Shown here one piece after another: positions 37,707-48,896 of a stretch of DNA of 64,000 nt. The DNA is taken from assembly GCA_963715515.1 (NCBI GenBank), contig OY970249.1:3007080-3071079 (forward strand), written 5' to 3'. Origin of the DNA: an uncultured Solirubrobacterales bacterium. GTDB taxonomy: Bacteria; Actinomycetota; Thermoleophilia; Solirubrobacterales; Solirubrobacteraceae. The translations under genes and the position numbers were made by a program. The notes under the pieces were generated by a model, which saw only the letters and a list, made by a program, of their open reading frames with translations, did no database searches and had not been told where the DNA came from. Numbering within the stretch: position 1 is the stretch's first letter; each line of letters starts with the position of its first letter.

Positions 37707-39227
37707 TCAAAGCACCGACAGCCCGCAGCCGAAGGCGCGCGCGAATAGCTCGGTCTCCCGACCCGCTGCCCAGCGGGGCACGGCCGCTTCGCCGTCGGCG
37801 ATCAGCCGCAGTCGCACCTCACCGTGGTGCCGGGCAAGGACGGTCTCGCGTACGAGTTGGTCGCGCGAGCGCTCCAGATCCTCGGCCAGGCGCAACAGCA
37901 CCGCCAGGCGATCCAGGCGCGCGGCGTCGCCCTCGCCGAAGAGTCGCGCCAGCGGCCCCGGATCGGGCATGCCCTTGCGGTGGTAGCGCGCCGCCTGGGC
38001 CACCAGCGCCACCTCTACGGGCGCGAACCCCGGCAGGCCGCCGTTGAGGATCAGATAGCGCGAGTGCTTGTGGTGGTCGTCGTAGTCCACGGACATACCG
38101 ATGTCGTGCAGCTCGCAGGCAGCCCACAGCAGCTCGCGCTCGTGCGGATCGCCTCCGTGCAGCCCGAGTTGCGCAAGCTGGTCGAACATACCCAGCGCCA
38201 GCTTCGCGACATGGCGCGTATGAGCAACGTCCATGTGGTAGCGCGCGGCGAGGTTGACGACGCTTGAGCGCCTTACGTCATCGAACAGCGGCGGCTCGCG
38301 ACCAGCCAGGTGGCGCTCGAAGAAGACCCCCTCGCGCAGCCCTGCCTCGGTGACCTCGATGCCCTCGAAGCCACCGGCCCGCAGGGCGCTCTGCACGACA
38401 ACGGCGCCCGCCAGGATCAGGTCGGCGCGCGCCGGCTTGATGCCCGGCACACGGCTGCGCTCCGCCGCGGGCAGCTTGGCGAGCCGCACGATCAGCTGCT
38501 CGAGCGCCTCCTCGGAGAGCACCATGCCCTGTACGCCGTTGGAGGGCAGTCCCGCGGCACGCTGAGCGGCCACGGCGAGGTTGCGCAAGGTGCCGCCGAT
38601 CCCGACGAGACGCCCGCCCGCGCGCGGCAGCCAGGGGGCGCCCTCAAGCTCCGTCGCGACGTGGCCGCGCAGTTCCTCCAGCTGCCTGGGTTTCGGCGGG
38701 CAGTCGCCCGGCAGGAAGCGCTCGGTCATCCGCACCGCGCCCACGCGCCAGGATCCGGACTCGCGCGCAAGACGATCGACGACGCGCACCAGCTGCAACG
38801 AACCGCCACCGAGATCCAGCACGCAGCCGTCGCGCAGCGTCGTCGAATTGATCGCCGCCAGGTAGCCATAGCGCGCCTCAGCCTCGCCGCTGAGCACACG
38901 AATCGGCAGCCCCGTGCGCTCGCTCGCGAGACTCAGGAAGTCGGCGGCGTTCTCGGCGTCGCGGATCGCGCTCGTCGCCACGGCGTCAACCTCGCCGGGG
39001 CCCAGCCGACTGGCCCTGCAGAAGTGCGCGAACACGTCGAGCGTCGCCAGCGCTCGCGCGACGGGCTCCACGCCGAGCCTGCTCGTGGCCGCCATTCCCT
39101 CGCCGATGCGCACCGGCTCATAGATCTCGTCCGTGCGCTGCCACCAGCCGTCGCTAGCCGTGAAGACGACGAGCCGAAACGAGTTCGAGCCCACATCAAT
39201 GACCGCCAGCCGCTTGGCTTGCCCCAT
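37707..39227 (-). CDS. ppx: Ppx/GppA exopolyphosphatase with HD domain
   Basis: IDVGSNS, ATSAIRDA, DLGGGS, RADLI, GLREG, LHDIG..HHKHS motifs. Confidence 0.95.
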   Translation of the reverse strand: MGQAKRLAVIDVGSNSFRLVVFTASDGWWQRTDEIYEPVRIGEGMAATSRLGVEPVARALATLDVFAHFCRASRLGPGEVDAVATSAIRDAENAADFLSLASERTGLPIRVLSGEAEARYGYLAAINSTTLRDGCVLDLGGGSLQLVRVVDRLARESGSWRVGAVRMTERFLPGDCPPKPRQLEELRGHVATELEGAPWLPRAGGRLVGIGGTLRNLAVAAQRAAGLPSNGVQGMVLSEEALEQLIVRLAKLPAAERSRVPGIKPARADLILAGAVVVQSALRAGGFEGIEVTEAGLREGVFFERHLAGREPPLFDDVRRSSVVNLAARYHMDVAHTRHVAKLALGMFDQLAQLGLHGGDPHERELLWAACELHDIGMSVDYDDHHKHSRYLILNGGLPGFAPVEVALVAQAARYHRKGMPDPGPLARLFGEGDAARLDRLAVLLRLAEDLERSRDQLVRETVLARHHGEVRLRLIADGEAAVPRWAAGRETELFARAFGCGLSVL

Positions 39228-39244
39228 GCCGGGAGCGTATGGCC

Positions 39245-39266
39245 CGCGCCGGAGGACTCCGGCGCG
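39245..39266. terminator. GC-rich hairpin between tRNA-Ile2 and the ppx promoter
   Basis: CGCGCCGGAG-GA-CTCCGGCGCG; no U-tract, so the terminator role is uncertain. Confidence 0.4.
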
Positions 39267-39375
39267 CCGTCGTCTCCCGCGGCTCGCGTGCGCACGCCGA
39301 GCGCACGCACGCCGAGGGTTATTACGGTGACTCGTTGGCGCATGGATGATGGGCCCGTGATTGGCGCATAGACGA

Positions 39376-39449
39376 TGGGCCCGGCAGGACTCGAACCTGC
39401 GACCTAGCGATTATGAGTCGCCAGCTCTAACCAGCTGAGCTACGGGCCC
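39376..39449 (-). tRNA. tRNA-Ile2 (CAU anticodon, lysidine type)
   Basis: GGGCCCGTAGCTCAGCTGGTTAGAGCTGGCGACT-CAT-AATCGCTAGGTCGCAGGTTCGAGTCCTGCCGGGCCCA. Paired 1:72 and the GCGAC..TCGC anticodon arm resemble ileX rather than initiator Met. Confidence 0.9.
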
Positions 39450-39557
39450 GCGCCGCGCACGCGCGCGGCCCGCCAGACGCTACCAGCGGCGCTCGAAAAA
39501 GCGACCCTCTGCCGCGAATGGTTTGATTCCGTAGTCAACGACCAGGAGGAGCGGCAA

Positions 39558-40280
39558 ATGGCACAGCGCGCAGCGATCGTCACAGGGGCTTCGAGCGGAA
39601 TCGGGCTGGCCGTCGCGAGAGTCCTCTGCGAGGAGGGCTTCGCCGTGACCATGGCCGCGCGGCGGCCCGAGAAGCTGCAGACAGCCGTTGACGGGCTCGC
39701 CGGTGAGGGTTTCGACGTGCACGGCGTAGCCGCCAACGTCGCCGAGGAGGCCGACATCCAGAAGGTAGTCGCCGCGCACCGCGAGCACTATCGGCGTCTG
39801 GACGTGCTCGTCAACAATGCCGGCGTCGGCGTCGGCGCCTCTCTGGCTGAGATCCAGACCAAGCACCTCGACATGCAGCTCGACGTCAACCTGCGCTCGA
39901 TCGTCCTCTTCTACCGTGAATGCCTCTCGCTGCTGCAGGCCGCCGGCGCGGAGCACCGCAACGCGCTCGTCGTCAACACCTCCTCGATCTCCGGCAAGCG
40001 CGCCGAGGCGTGGCTGTCGGTCTACTCGGCCTCCAAGCACGGCGTCGTCGGCTGGACGGAAACCATGAACAAGGAGCTGGGTCCGCAGGGCATCAAGTCC
40101 ACGGCGCTCTGCCCGGCCTTCGTCGACACGCCCATGACCGACTTCGCCAAGGAGCAGGTCAAGGCCGAGGACATGATCCGCCCCGAGGACATCGCCGAGT
40201 CGGTGCGCTTCCTGTTGCGCGTCTCCCCCGCCTGCATCGTGCCCGAGATGATGTTCGTGCGGCCCGGCGACACGCTCTAA
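39558..40280 (+). CDS. SDR-family oxidoreductase
   Basis: TGASSGIG, NNAG, YSASK motifs; AGGAG RBS. Confidence 0.95.
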   Translation: MAQRAAIVTGASSGIGLAVARVLCEEGFAVTMAARRPEKLQTAVDGLAGEGFDVHGVAANVAEEADIQKVVAAHREHYRRLDVLVNNAGVGVGASLAEIQTKHLDMQLDVNLRSIVLFYRECLSLLQAAGAEHRNALVVNTSSISGKRAEAWLSVYSASKHGVVGWTETMNKELGPQGIKSTALCPAFVDTPMTDFAKEQVKAEDMIRPEDIAESVRFLLRVSPACIVPEMMFVRPGDTL

Positions 40281-40400
40281 TAGCTCACGCCGGCCGGGCG
40301 CGCTCTATAGCTCACGCCGGTCGGCCGACACGCCTCTGCGTACGCCGGCCGACACGCCTCTGCGCGCACCGGCCGATACGCCTCAGCTCACGCCGGCCGG
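40272..40400. repeat. Tandem degenerate repeats at a convergent junction
   Basis: AGCTCACGCCGG x3 and CGGCCGA(C/T)ACGCCTC x3. Confidence 0.75.
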
Positions 40401-40859
40401 CTCGCGGCGTCTGCCTCGCAGGCTCGGCATCCTGCGCCGGCGCACCACGATTTCGCCCGTCGGATCGGCCGTGCGTGCGCGCTCGTGGCGTGCGCGCAGC
40501 TCGCGGTGATCCGCGATCGCGCCACCGAAGTCCACACCGGCATCGTTCATCAGGCTGGCCTGGAGCTGGCCCACCAGAATGCCCACCTCGCGCGCCGTGG
40601 CCTGTCGAGCGCGGCGTCCCGCGCGCGTGAAGCGATCCCACGACTTCGCGAACGACAGGAAGTCGGTCCTGCCGCCGCAGCGGTGCGCGGCGAGCATCGG
40701 ACACACGCCGCCCTCGCCGTCGACGTAGGCGCCCACGATCACGCGATCGGCGCTGCTCACGCCGCGCAGCATCGCTTCGCGCGTCCCCGTCGGCAGGCAG
40801 TCGATCGCCAGACGTAGATCCTCCACGGGCCTGCACTTACGATGACGGCGACTTGGCAT
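40383..40859 (-). CDS. Hypothetical protein (GVCPMLAAHR motif)
   Basis: GAGGA RBS; protein-like composition (LRLAIDCLP..IVGAY..FAKSWDRF). The longer ORF call to 42080 is antisense shadow. Confidence 0.7.
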   Translation of the reverse strand: MPSRRHRKCRPVEDLRLAIDCLPTGTREAMLRGVSSADRVIVGAYVDGEGGVCPMLAAHRCGGRTDFLSFAKSWDRFTRAGRRARQATAREVGILVGQLQASLMNDAGVDFGGAIADHRELRARHERARTADPTGEIVVRRRRMPSLRGRRREPAGVS

Positions 40860-40967
40860 AGGCTGTGTTCCTCGGCGGTCCTGGTGGTCGTCGGACGGGC
40901 GCTCCCAGCGTAGGGCACGGGCTCGCGCACGGCAAAGCATTCCCTTCCGCTGAAAGGAAAATTGCGC

Positions 40968-42005
40968 ATGAAGCTCGGCGTGCACATCGGCTACTGGGGC
41001 CTCGGCCTCTCTTCGCAGGACCAGCTCCACATCGTCCAGGAGGCCGAGCGGCTGGGTTATGACTCGGTGTGGACCGCCGAGGCCTACGGCTCCGACGGCG
41101 CCACGATCCTCGGCTGGCTGGCGGGTCAGACCTCGCGTATCCGCCTCGGCTCCGGCATCTTCCAGATGCCCGGCCGCTCCCCCGCGATGACCGCGATGAC
41201 GGCAGCCACCATCGACCAGCTCTCCGACGGGCGGATGATCCTCGGCATCGGCTCCTCCGGCCCGCAGGTCGCCGAGGGCTGGCACGGGCAGCGCTTCGCC
41301 CACCAGCTGCAGCGCACCCGCGAGTACGTGGCCGTCGTGCGCAAGGCGCTTGCGCGCGAGCGCGTGGAGTTCCAGGGAGAGACCCTCGAACTGCCCCTTC
41401 CCGATGGCCCCGGCAAGGCGCTCAAGCTCACGATCGCGCCCGTTCAGGAGCGGATCCCCATCTATCTCGCCGCGATCGGCCCCAAGAACACCGCCCTCGC
41501 CGGAGAGATCGCCGACGGTTGGATTCCCACGCTCTTCTCCCCCGAGCACGTCTCCGAGCTGCAACCGCTCCTGGAGGAGGGCGCCGCGCGCTCCGGGCGA
41601 ACGCTTGAGGGCTTCGACATCGCGCCGACCGTCAATGTCTTCATCACCGACGACCTCCAGGCCGCGCGCGATGCCATGCGGCCCTTCATCGCCCTCTACG
41701 TCGGCGGCATGGGCTCGCGTAAGCAGAACTTCTACAACAACCTCGTGCAGCGCTACGGCTTCGCCGACGAAGCCAAGACGATCCAGGACCTCTATCTGGA
41801 AGGCAAGCGCGAGGAGGCCATGGCTGCGATTCCCGAGCGGCTGATCGACACCGTAGCGCTCTGCGGTCCCGCGGACGTGGTGCGCGAGCGCCTCGCCGTC
41901 TATCGCGACGCCGGCGTAGGCACACTGGGGATCACCCCGCTTGCCTTCAACGCCGAGGATCGCCTCACCCAGCTGCGGCTCCTCGCCGAGCTTGCCAGCG
42001 CCTAG
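40968..42005 (+). CDS. LLM-class (F420-dependent) oxidoreductase
   Basis: WTAEAYGSD, LGIGSSGPQVAEGWHG, YLAAIGPK, YVGGMG..NFY motifs. Confidence 0.93.
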   Translation: MKLGVHIGYWGLGLSSQDQLHIVQEAERLGYDSVWTAEAYGSDGATILGWLAGQTSRIRLGSGIFQMPGRSPAMTAMTAATIDQLSDGRMILGIGSSGPQVAEGWHGQRFAHQLQRTREYVAVVRKALARERVEFQGETLELPLPDGPGKALKLTIAPVQERIPIYLAAIGPKNTALAGEIADGWIPTLFSPEHVSELQPLLEEGAARSGRTLEGFDIAPTVNVFITDDLQAARDAMRPFIALYVGGMGSRKQNFYNNLVQRYGFADEAKTIQDLYLEGKREEAMAAIPERLIDTVALCGPADVVRERLAVYRDAGVGTLGITPLAFNAEDRLTQLRLLAELASA

Positions 42006-42054
42006 GCCGACATCTGGCGATATCGCAGACGACGAGCCACCGCGACCGCACGGC

Positions 42055-43364
<1,310 letters not shown>

Positions 43365-43425
43365 TCGCGTGCTCGGAGCGAATTAGAGCATAGACCTGGG
43401 CTATGCCCCGATCTCTGCACCCCGG

Positions 43426-45300
43426 CTATGTCCCCGTCTCCTCCAGCGCCCGCTCGTAAGCTCGGTCGAACTCGCGCTTGACCTCCCCCCGCCGGTGCGC
43501 CAGATCGCTCACGTCGCCTGCACCCTGCGTTCGCGCCGCCTGGATCTGACGATCCACGCGCGCCAGCTCCAGCTGCAACCGCTGCACCTCGAGCATCGCC
43601 GGCTGGGCCGGCTCGCGACCGGCCTCCACGACCAGCTCGGCCAGCACGCCCGACAGCTCGCGATCCTCCCGCGCCGCATCGGCCTGGCCGGGCGCGCTCC
43701 TGGGCGCGATCTTCATCGGCTCACTCAGGTCGCCCGCGCGTAGATGCTCGGCCACGCGCCTGAGCAGATCGCTCGTGAAATACCCGCTCACTTCCATGCT
43801 CCGCAGCGCCTGCCCGCCGGCGTCCGGCGAGGCCAGGCACAACACCAGGAAAGTCCGTTCTGTCTCCTCCCGTCGCGACAGCACACCGGCAATGCGGGGC
43901 CTGGCCCCCCCGCTCCCCTCCCCGCCCTGCGCTCGTGCGCCGTCGCCGCCCCGCCCACCCTCGTCCCCGCCGCCCTCCCGCGCGCCCGCCTCGCCCACCA
44001 ACCCTGCTGCCAACAGCCGCTCAGCGACGCTCTCAGGCAGCTCCAGTCGGCCTGACACGAGCCTCGTCAACTCCATCCTCATCGCGCTCGGCGCCAGCGT
44101 CGCAAACACCGGACGCAGCTCCTCGATCGTGCGATCCCGCCCCTCCGGGCTGCCATAGTCGCCCTGCGCCAGCATCCTCTCCACGCGGAAGCGCACAAAC
44201 GGCACCGACCTCGCCACGGCGGCCTCCATCGCCCCGACGCCCTCGCGCTGCACCAACTCGGCTGGATCGGTGCCCTCGGGCATCGCCACCACGCGCAGCT
44301 CGAGCTTGCGCTTCATCGCCAGCCGCGAAGCGCGCAGCATCGCCTCCTGCCCGGCGCCGTCGGCGTCCAATGCCAGCAGCACCCGCGAGGCCATACGCGC
44401 CAGCTCACCCACCTGCTCGGTAGTCAGCGCCGTGCCCATCAAGCCCACTGCGTTGCGCATCCCAGCCTGGTGCAGCGCGATCACGTCTGTATACCCCTCG
44501 CACAGCACCGCCTCCCCGGCACGCGTCGCCTGCGCTCGCGCCAGGTCGGCTCCGTAGAGGTGCCTGCCCTTGTGGTAGACCTCGTTGTCGGAGGTGTTCA
44601 GGTATTTCGGCCCCTGCTCGTCGCGCATCGCTCGCGCACCGAACCCCAGGACCCGTCCGCGCACGTCGGCCAGCGGGAACATGATCCTCCCGCGGAAGCG
44701 GTCGTACAGACGCCCATCCTGCTTGGCGCGCTGCGCAAGCCCCGTCTCATACAGCTCCTTCTCGGAGAATCCGGCGCGGCGCGAGCCCATCAGCACGCGA
44801 TCCCAAGCGCTCGGACTGTAGCCCACGCGAAAGCTCCTCAGCGTCTCCTCCCCGAGGCCCCGCTGCTCCAGATACTCCCGCGCGTGCCTGGCCTCCTCGG
44901 ACTCCCACAGGTGGCGTTCGTAGTAGGCCGCCGTACGCCCCAACAACTCCAGCAGCCGCTCGCGCCGCTTGCGCTTGGCAGCCTCGCCGGGGTCCTCGGC
45001 CTCCAGTTCCAGCTCGATCCCACAGCGGTCGGCCAGCAGCTCCAGCGCCGCCTTGAAGTCCACCCCCTCGGTCTCCTGCACGAAGGTGAACACATCCCCC
45101 TTGGCTTCGCAGCCAAAGCAGTAATACACCTTCTGCGTGGGGTCGATCCCGAACGACGGCGTGCGCTCGTCGTGGAACGGGCACAGTCCCTCATAGCTGC
45201 TCGGACCTGCCCGGCGCAGCTCGGTGCGCGCCGAGACCAGCTCCACGAAGTCAACTGAGTCGCGCACCCTTTCGCGGGACTCTCGGGTATAGAGGGCCAT
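43426..45300 (-). CDS. dnaG: DNA primase
   Basis: CPFHDERTPSF..CFGC zinc finger, DRFRGRIMFP, KYLN, EGYTD, DADGAG motifs. Confidence 0.97.
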   Translation of the reverse strand: MALYTRESRERVRDSVDFVELVSARTELRRAGPSSYEGLCPFHDERTPSFGIDPTQKVYYCFGCEAKGDVFTFVQETEGVDFKAALELLADRCGIELELEAEDPGEAAKRKRRERLLELLGRTAAYYERHLWESEEARHAREYLEQRGLGEETLRSFRVGYSPSAWDRVLMGSRRAGFSEKELYETGLAQRAKQDGRLYDRFRGRIMFPLADVRGRVLGFGARAMRDEQGPKYLNTSDNEVYHKGRHLYGADLARAQATRAGEAVLCEGYTDVIALHQAGMRNAVGLMGTALTTEQVGELARMASRVLLALDADGAGQEAMLRASRLAMKRKLELRVVAMPEGTDPAELVQREGVGAMEAAVARSVPFVRFRVERMLAQGDYGSPEGRDRTIEELRPVFATLAPSAMRMELTRLVSGRLELPESVAERLLAAGLVGEAGAREGGGDEGGRGGDGARAQGGEGSGGARPRIAGVLSRREETERTFLVLCLASPDAGGQALRSMEVSGYFTSDLLRRVAEHLRAGDLSEPMKIAPRSAPGQADAAREDRELSGVLAELVVEAGREPAQPAMLEVQRLQLELARVDRQIQAARTQGAGDVSDLAHRRGEVKREFDRAYERALEETGT

Positions 45301-45312
45301 CGCCCGGCAACG

Positions 45313-46461
45313 CTAGCGGGCGAACGCCCGTGGCACCTGAAGCTCGGTGTACTCCCGAATGCAGTACCTGTCTGTCATGCCTGCCAGGTAGTCGGTCACG
45401 CGCCGTGCGAGCGCCTCGTCCGTCACAGCTCCGGTGTCGGGGATCGCGACGCCACCGTCAGTTGCCGAGCTGCCGGTGTCGGGCTCCGTGGCACTGTCGA
45501 TCGGAGATGTGGCATTGGCATCTGCTCGGCCCGGCACGACGGCCGCCGGCAGCAACTCGGGGTGATCTGTGTAGTGCTCGAACAGCCTTCTGACGACCTC
45601 CGCGATGCGCTCGTGCTCGGCGCGCACGGCGCTGCCGAGGTAGACGCGCTCGAACATGAACTCCCGCAGGGCATGCATCGCCGCCCCGGCCTCCTCGCCC
45701 TGAACGATGTCGCCCGCGCGCTGTGACTCCTCCACCATGTCGTGCACCAGCCTGTCGATCCGCTGCGAGCCGCTGGCGCCCAGCACGGCTATCGGCCCCG
45801 CCGGCAGGTCCTCCTCGCGCAGCACGCCCGCCCGCAGCGCGTCGTCGATGTCGTGGTTGATGTAGGCCACGCGGTCGATCGTGCGTACGATCCTTCCCTC
45901 CAATGTCTTCGGCTGCGCCGCGCGGCTGGAGTGGCATGCGATCCCGTCGCGCACCTGCTCGGTGAGGTTCAGACCCTGGCCGTCGCGCTCCAGGCGGTTG
46001 ACCACCCGCAACGAGTGCTCGTAGTGGCGAAAGCTCCCCCCGAAGCGCTCGCGCAGGCAGCGGTCGAGCACTTCCTCCCCGATGTGACCAAACGGCGGGT
46101 GCCCGAGATCGTGGCCCACTCCGATCGCCTCCGTCAGATCCTCATTCAGACGAAGCGCCCGCGCTACCGCCCGTGAGATCGTCGTCACCTCCAGCGTGTG
46201 CGTCAGACGCGTGCGGTAGTGATCGCCCTCGGGCGCCACGAACACCTGGGTCTTGTGCGTCAGGCGGCGGAAGGCCTTGCAGTGAACGATCCTGTCGCGG
46301 TCGCGCTGGAAGGGCGTGCGCAGCTCGCAGTCCGCCTCCCTCTGCGCGCGCCGCGCCGGATAGCTGCGCGCCGCCAGCGGCGACAGCGTCTGCTCCTCGA
46401 GTTCGCGGCGACGCGCGGCGAAGACATCGGCCACCTGCTCCACGTCGCCTGTTGTGCTCAT
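45313..46461 (-). CDS. dgt: Deoxyguanosinetriphosphate triphosphohydrolase-like HD protein
   Basis: FQRDRDRI, KTQVF, RTRLTH, GHDLGHPPFGH, DYLAGMTD motifs. Confidence 0.93.
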   Translation of the reverse strand: MSTTGDVEQVADVFAARRRELEEQTLSPLAARSYPARRAQREADCELRTPFQRDRDRIVHCKAFRRLTHKTQVFVAPEGDHYRTRLTHTLEVTTISRAVARALRLNEDLTEAIGVGHDLGHPPFGHIGEEVLDRCLRERFGGSFRHYEHSLRVVNRLERDGQGLNLTEQVRDGIACHSSRAAQPKTLEGRIVRTIDRVAYINHDIDDALRAGVLREEDLPAGPIAVLGASGSQRIDRLVHDMVEESQRAGDIVQGEEAGAAMHALREFMFERVYLGSAVRAEHERIAEVVRRLFEHYTDHPELLPAAVVPGRADANATSPIDSATEPDTGSSATDGGVAIPDTGAVTDEALARRVTDYLAGMTDRYCIREYTELQVPRAFAR

Positions 46462-46603
46462 GCCCTCGATTGTGGCAGCGGCCCCGGCCGCCGCAGAGGA
46501 CCCCAACCATCTCGACGGCCCCGGCTGCCGCAGCGGGGCCCAACGCTCTCGACGGCCCCAGCACATCAGCGCTCCGGCTACCGCGGCATCGCGGTGAGGC
46601 CGC

Positions 46604-46963
46604 TCAGGTCTCGCGATGCCAGTCGCTGTGCCCGGTGATGTGACCGACCCAGTGCTGCCATCCCTTTTTCTGCGCCGCCGGATCCTCGTCGTATACCGGC
46701 GCGCTGTGCTCGGGCCCGGGCAGGCCCGCTGCGGCGTCGGTGTCGATCCGCAGATCGACGCCGCGCTCGTGGATGGATGCGATCTGGGCGGCCTCCACGA
46801 AGCGCACTCCCTGCTCAGGGGTATTGATCAGCAGTCCGTGAAAGATGTCCTCGCTGGAGTCGCTTAGCACGCCTCCCACGGTTCCGACCTGCCCGCCGTC
46901 GGAGGCCAGCACCGGCACCCCTTGACCCAGCACCTCGTATGAGATCGGCAGACCCTCGTCCAT
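46604..46963 (-). CDS. PRC-barrel/DUF2171-like hypothetical protein
   Basis: GVPVLASDGGQVGTV..DIFHGL pattern. Confidence 0.65.
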   Translation of the reverse strand: MDEGLPISYEVLGQGVPVLASDGGQVGTVGGVLSDSSEDIFHGLLINTPEQGVRFVEAAQIASIHERGVDLRIDTDAAAGLPGPEHSAPVYDEDPAAQKKGWQHWVGHITGHSDWHRET

Positions 46964-46993
46964 GGCTGGCGCACACTTTACAGCCAACCGTCC

Positions 46994-47722
46994 TCAGGCC
47001 GCGCGCGCCGTGGCCGGCATCAGACGCACATGCGCGTGATGCTCAAGGGTTTCGGAGATCGCCCGCTCGACCTGGCCCAAGGCCGCCTCTGGCGCCTGCG
47101 GGACTTCGCTTAGAGAACAGGCCAGCGTCTCGGTCATGAAGCAGTAGGCATGTTCGCTCAAAGCGAACGACACCGCCTCGCACGCCCCGCACACCACTCC
47201 GCCCGCCGCACCCGAGAAGCCCACCAGGTGTTCGCGCTCGCCGCAGCCCGCGCAGGCGCCGAGCTGTGGCGCCAGGCCCGCCGCCACCAGCAGCTTCAAG
47301 CGGAAAGCCAGCGCGCCCGCGCGCGTTGCGCTCGCGGGCTGCTCGTCGAGCAGCGCCAGCTTGCGGCACAGCAGGTTGAATACGCCCGGGTGAGGCTCGG
47401 AGGTCTCGAACAGGCGTCCCACCGCGTCGCACGCCCTCGCCGCGGCGTCCAGCGCACCCGCATCGGAGCGCAGGCGGGCGTGGCCGTTCAGCGTCTGCGC
47501 GCCCGTCACCGTCAGCAGCTCGCCCCGGCCCTCGTGCAGCTCGAGGCTCAAGCGGAAGAACGGCTCCAGCCTCCCACCGAAGCGGCTGCGCGCGCGGCGC
47601 ACGCCTTTGGCGATCGCGCCCACCCTGCCACGGTGAGGCGTGTAGAGATGCATGATCCGATCGGCCTCGCCGTAGCGCATCGAGCGCAGCACCACCGCCT
47701 CTGTCTTGACAGGTCCTGCCAT
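46994..47722 (-). CDS. recO: DNA repair protein RecO
   Basis: YGEADRI..AKGVRR..FGGRLEPF; CxxC..CxxC. Confidence 0.95.
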   Translation of the reverse strand: MAGPVKTEAVVLRSMRYGEADRIMHLYTPHRGRVGAIAKGVRRARSRFGGRLEPFFRLSLELHEGRGELLTVTGAQTLNGHARLRSDAGALDAAARACDAVGRLFETSEPHPGVFNLLCRKLALLDEQPASATRAGALAFRLKLLVAAGLAPQLGACAGCGEREHLVGFSGAAGGVVCGACEAVSFALSEHAYCFMTETLACSLSEVPQAPEAALGQVERAISETLEHHAHVRLMPATARAA

Positions 47723-47801
47723 CCGCCTGCGAGTCTAGGCTCGCCGGCGGCGGGCTCACCGTCGGAAAAATGACCTCCTCGGCGCTATACTTTATGAAGT
47801 A

Positions 47802-48056
47802 ATGAGCCAGATCACCGTCTATACGACCGACCCGTGCTCCTTCTGCGCGCGCGTCAAGGGTCTTTTGAAGTCCCGCGGCCTGGAGTTCGCCGAGGTCAAC
47901 CTCACCAAGGACCCCGATGGGCGGATGGAGCTGGTGCGACGCACCGGCATGATGAGCTTCCCCCAGGTGATCGTCGGCGAGAAGCTGCTCGGCGGCTACG
48001 CCGAGACGCTTACGGCCGTCGAGAGCGGGCTGCTGGACGAGCTGTCGGCCGCCTGA
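47802..48056 (+). CDS. Glutaredoxin
   Basis: CSFC, SFPQV, LGGY motifs. Confidence 0.9.
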   Translation: MSQITVYTTDPCSFCARVKGLLKSRGLEFAEVNLTKDPDGRMELVRRTGMMSFPQVIVGEKLLGGYAETLTAVESGLLDELSAA

Positions 48057-48882
48057 CCCGCGGCCGCGGCTGGCAGGTCTCGCACACGTAGGTCCCTCTG
48101 CCGGCAACCACCATCTTGACGATCGGCCTGCCGCATCTCCCGCAGGGCTCTCCCGCGCGGCGGTGCACCAGGAACTGGTCCTGGAAGGAGCCTCGCACCC
48201 CGTCGACGTGGCGGAAGTCGTCGATCGTGGCGCCACGCGCGTCGATTCCGGCGCACAGCGCCTCGATGACGGCCGCGCGCAGGCGCACCTGCTGCTCTGA
48301 GGACAACCGCCCGGCGGCGCGCAGCGGGTGGATGCCGGCACGGTAAAGCGCCTCGTCGGCGTAGATGTTGCCCACACCCGCGATTCGCCGCTGGTCGAGC
48401 AGCAGCGCCTTGATCGGCGCCGTGCGCCCTCGCACCAGCTCGCGCAGGTGCTGCGCGGTGAAGCGCTCATCCAGTGGCTCCAGCCCCAGGCGCTGCGCAA
48501 AGAATGCATCCAGCGCCGCCGTGCCCAACAAAAGCTCACCCGTGCCGAAACGACGCGGATCGACGATCACCAGCCGCCGCTTTGGACGCAGCTCGATCCG
48601 CACACGCACGTGCGCAGGTTCCGGCTTGGGCTCGCACAGCACCGCTCCCGTCATGCGCAGGTGCTGGACCAGATGGACATCGCCATGCAGGCTCCACACC
48701 AGATACTTGCCTCGCCGCCCCAAGGCCTCGATGCGCCTCCCCTCCAGTGCATCCGTCAACTCGTGCGGCGCCAGCGGACGCGACCAGCGCGGATCGAGGA
48801 TCTCGATGCTGTGCACACGGCGTCCCTCCACCAGCGGGGCCAGCTGGCGGCGGATCGTCTCAACCTCGGGCAGCTCCGGCAT
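48010..48882 (-). CDS. mutM: Formamidopyrimidine-DNA glycosylase
   Basis: MPELPEVE, RRGKY, HLRMTG, GVGNIYADE, C-terminal zinc finger. Confidence 0.97.
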   Translation of the reverse strand: MPELPEVETIRRQLAPLVEGRRVHSIEILDPRWSRPLAPHELTDALEGRRIEALGRRGKYLVWSLHGDVHLVQHLRMTGAVLCEPKPEPAHVRVRIELRPKRRLVIVDPRRFGTGELLLGTAALDAFFAQRLGLEPLDERFTAQHLRELVRGRTAPIKALLLDQRRIAGVGNIYADEALYRAGIHPLRAAGRLSSEQQVRLRAAVIEALCAGIDARGATIDDFRHVDGVRGSFQDQFLVHRRAGEPCGRCGRPIVKMVVAGRGTYVCETCQPRPRVRRPTARPAARSRRP

Positions 48883-48896
48883 CGCTGCCATAGAGC

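Noticed and set aside
39348-39383. attL/attR pair at the tRNA-Ile2 3' end (GATGGGCCCG twice)
   Set aside because: Only 10 bp long and 26 bp apart with no cargo; better explained as another local duplication.
39376-39449. tRNA-Met call from the CAU anticodon
   Set aside because: Lacks initiator features (1:72 mismatch, three G-C anticodon-stem pairs) and resembles Ile2 tRNAs; elongator Met is not fully excluded.
46470-46600. Relay ORF between the PRC-like gene and dgt
   Set aside because: About 38-bp repeats are present but there is no unbroken stop/start chain; a CACAAT hexamer 7 nt before ATG 46461 suggests an independent leaderless start.
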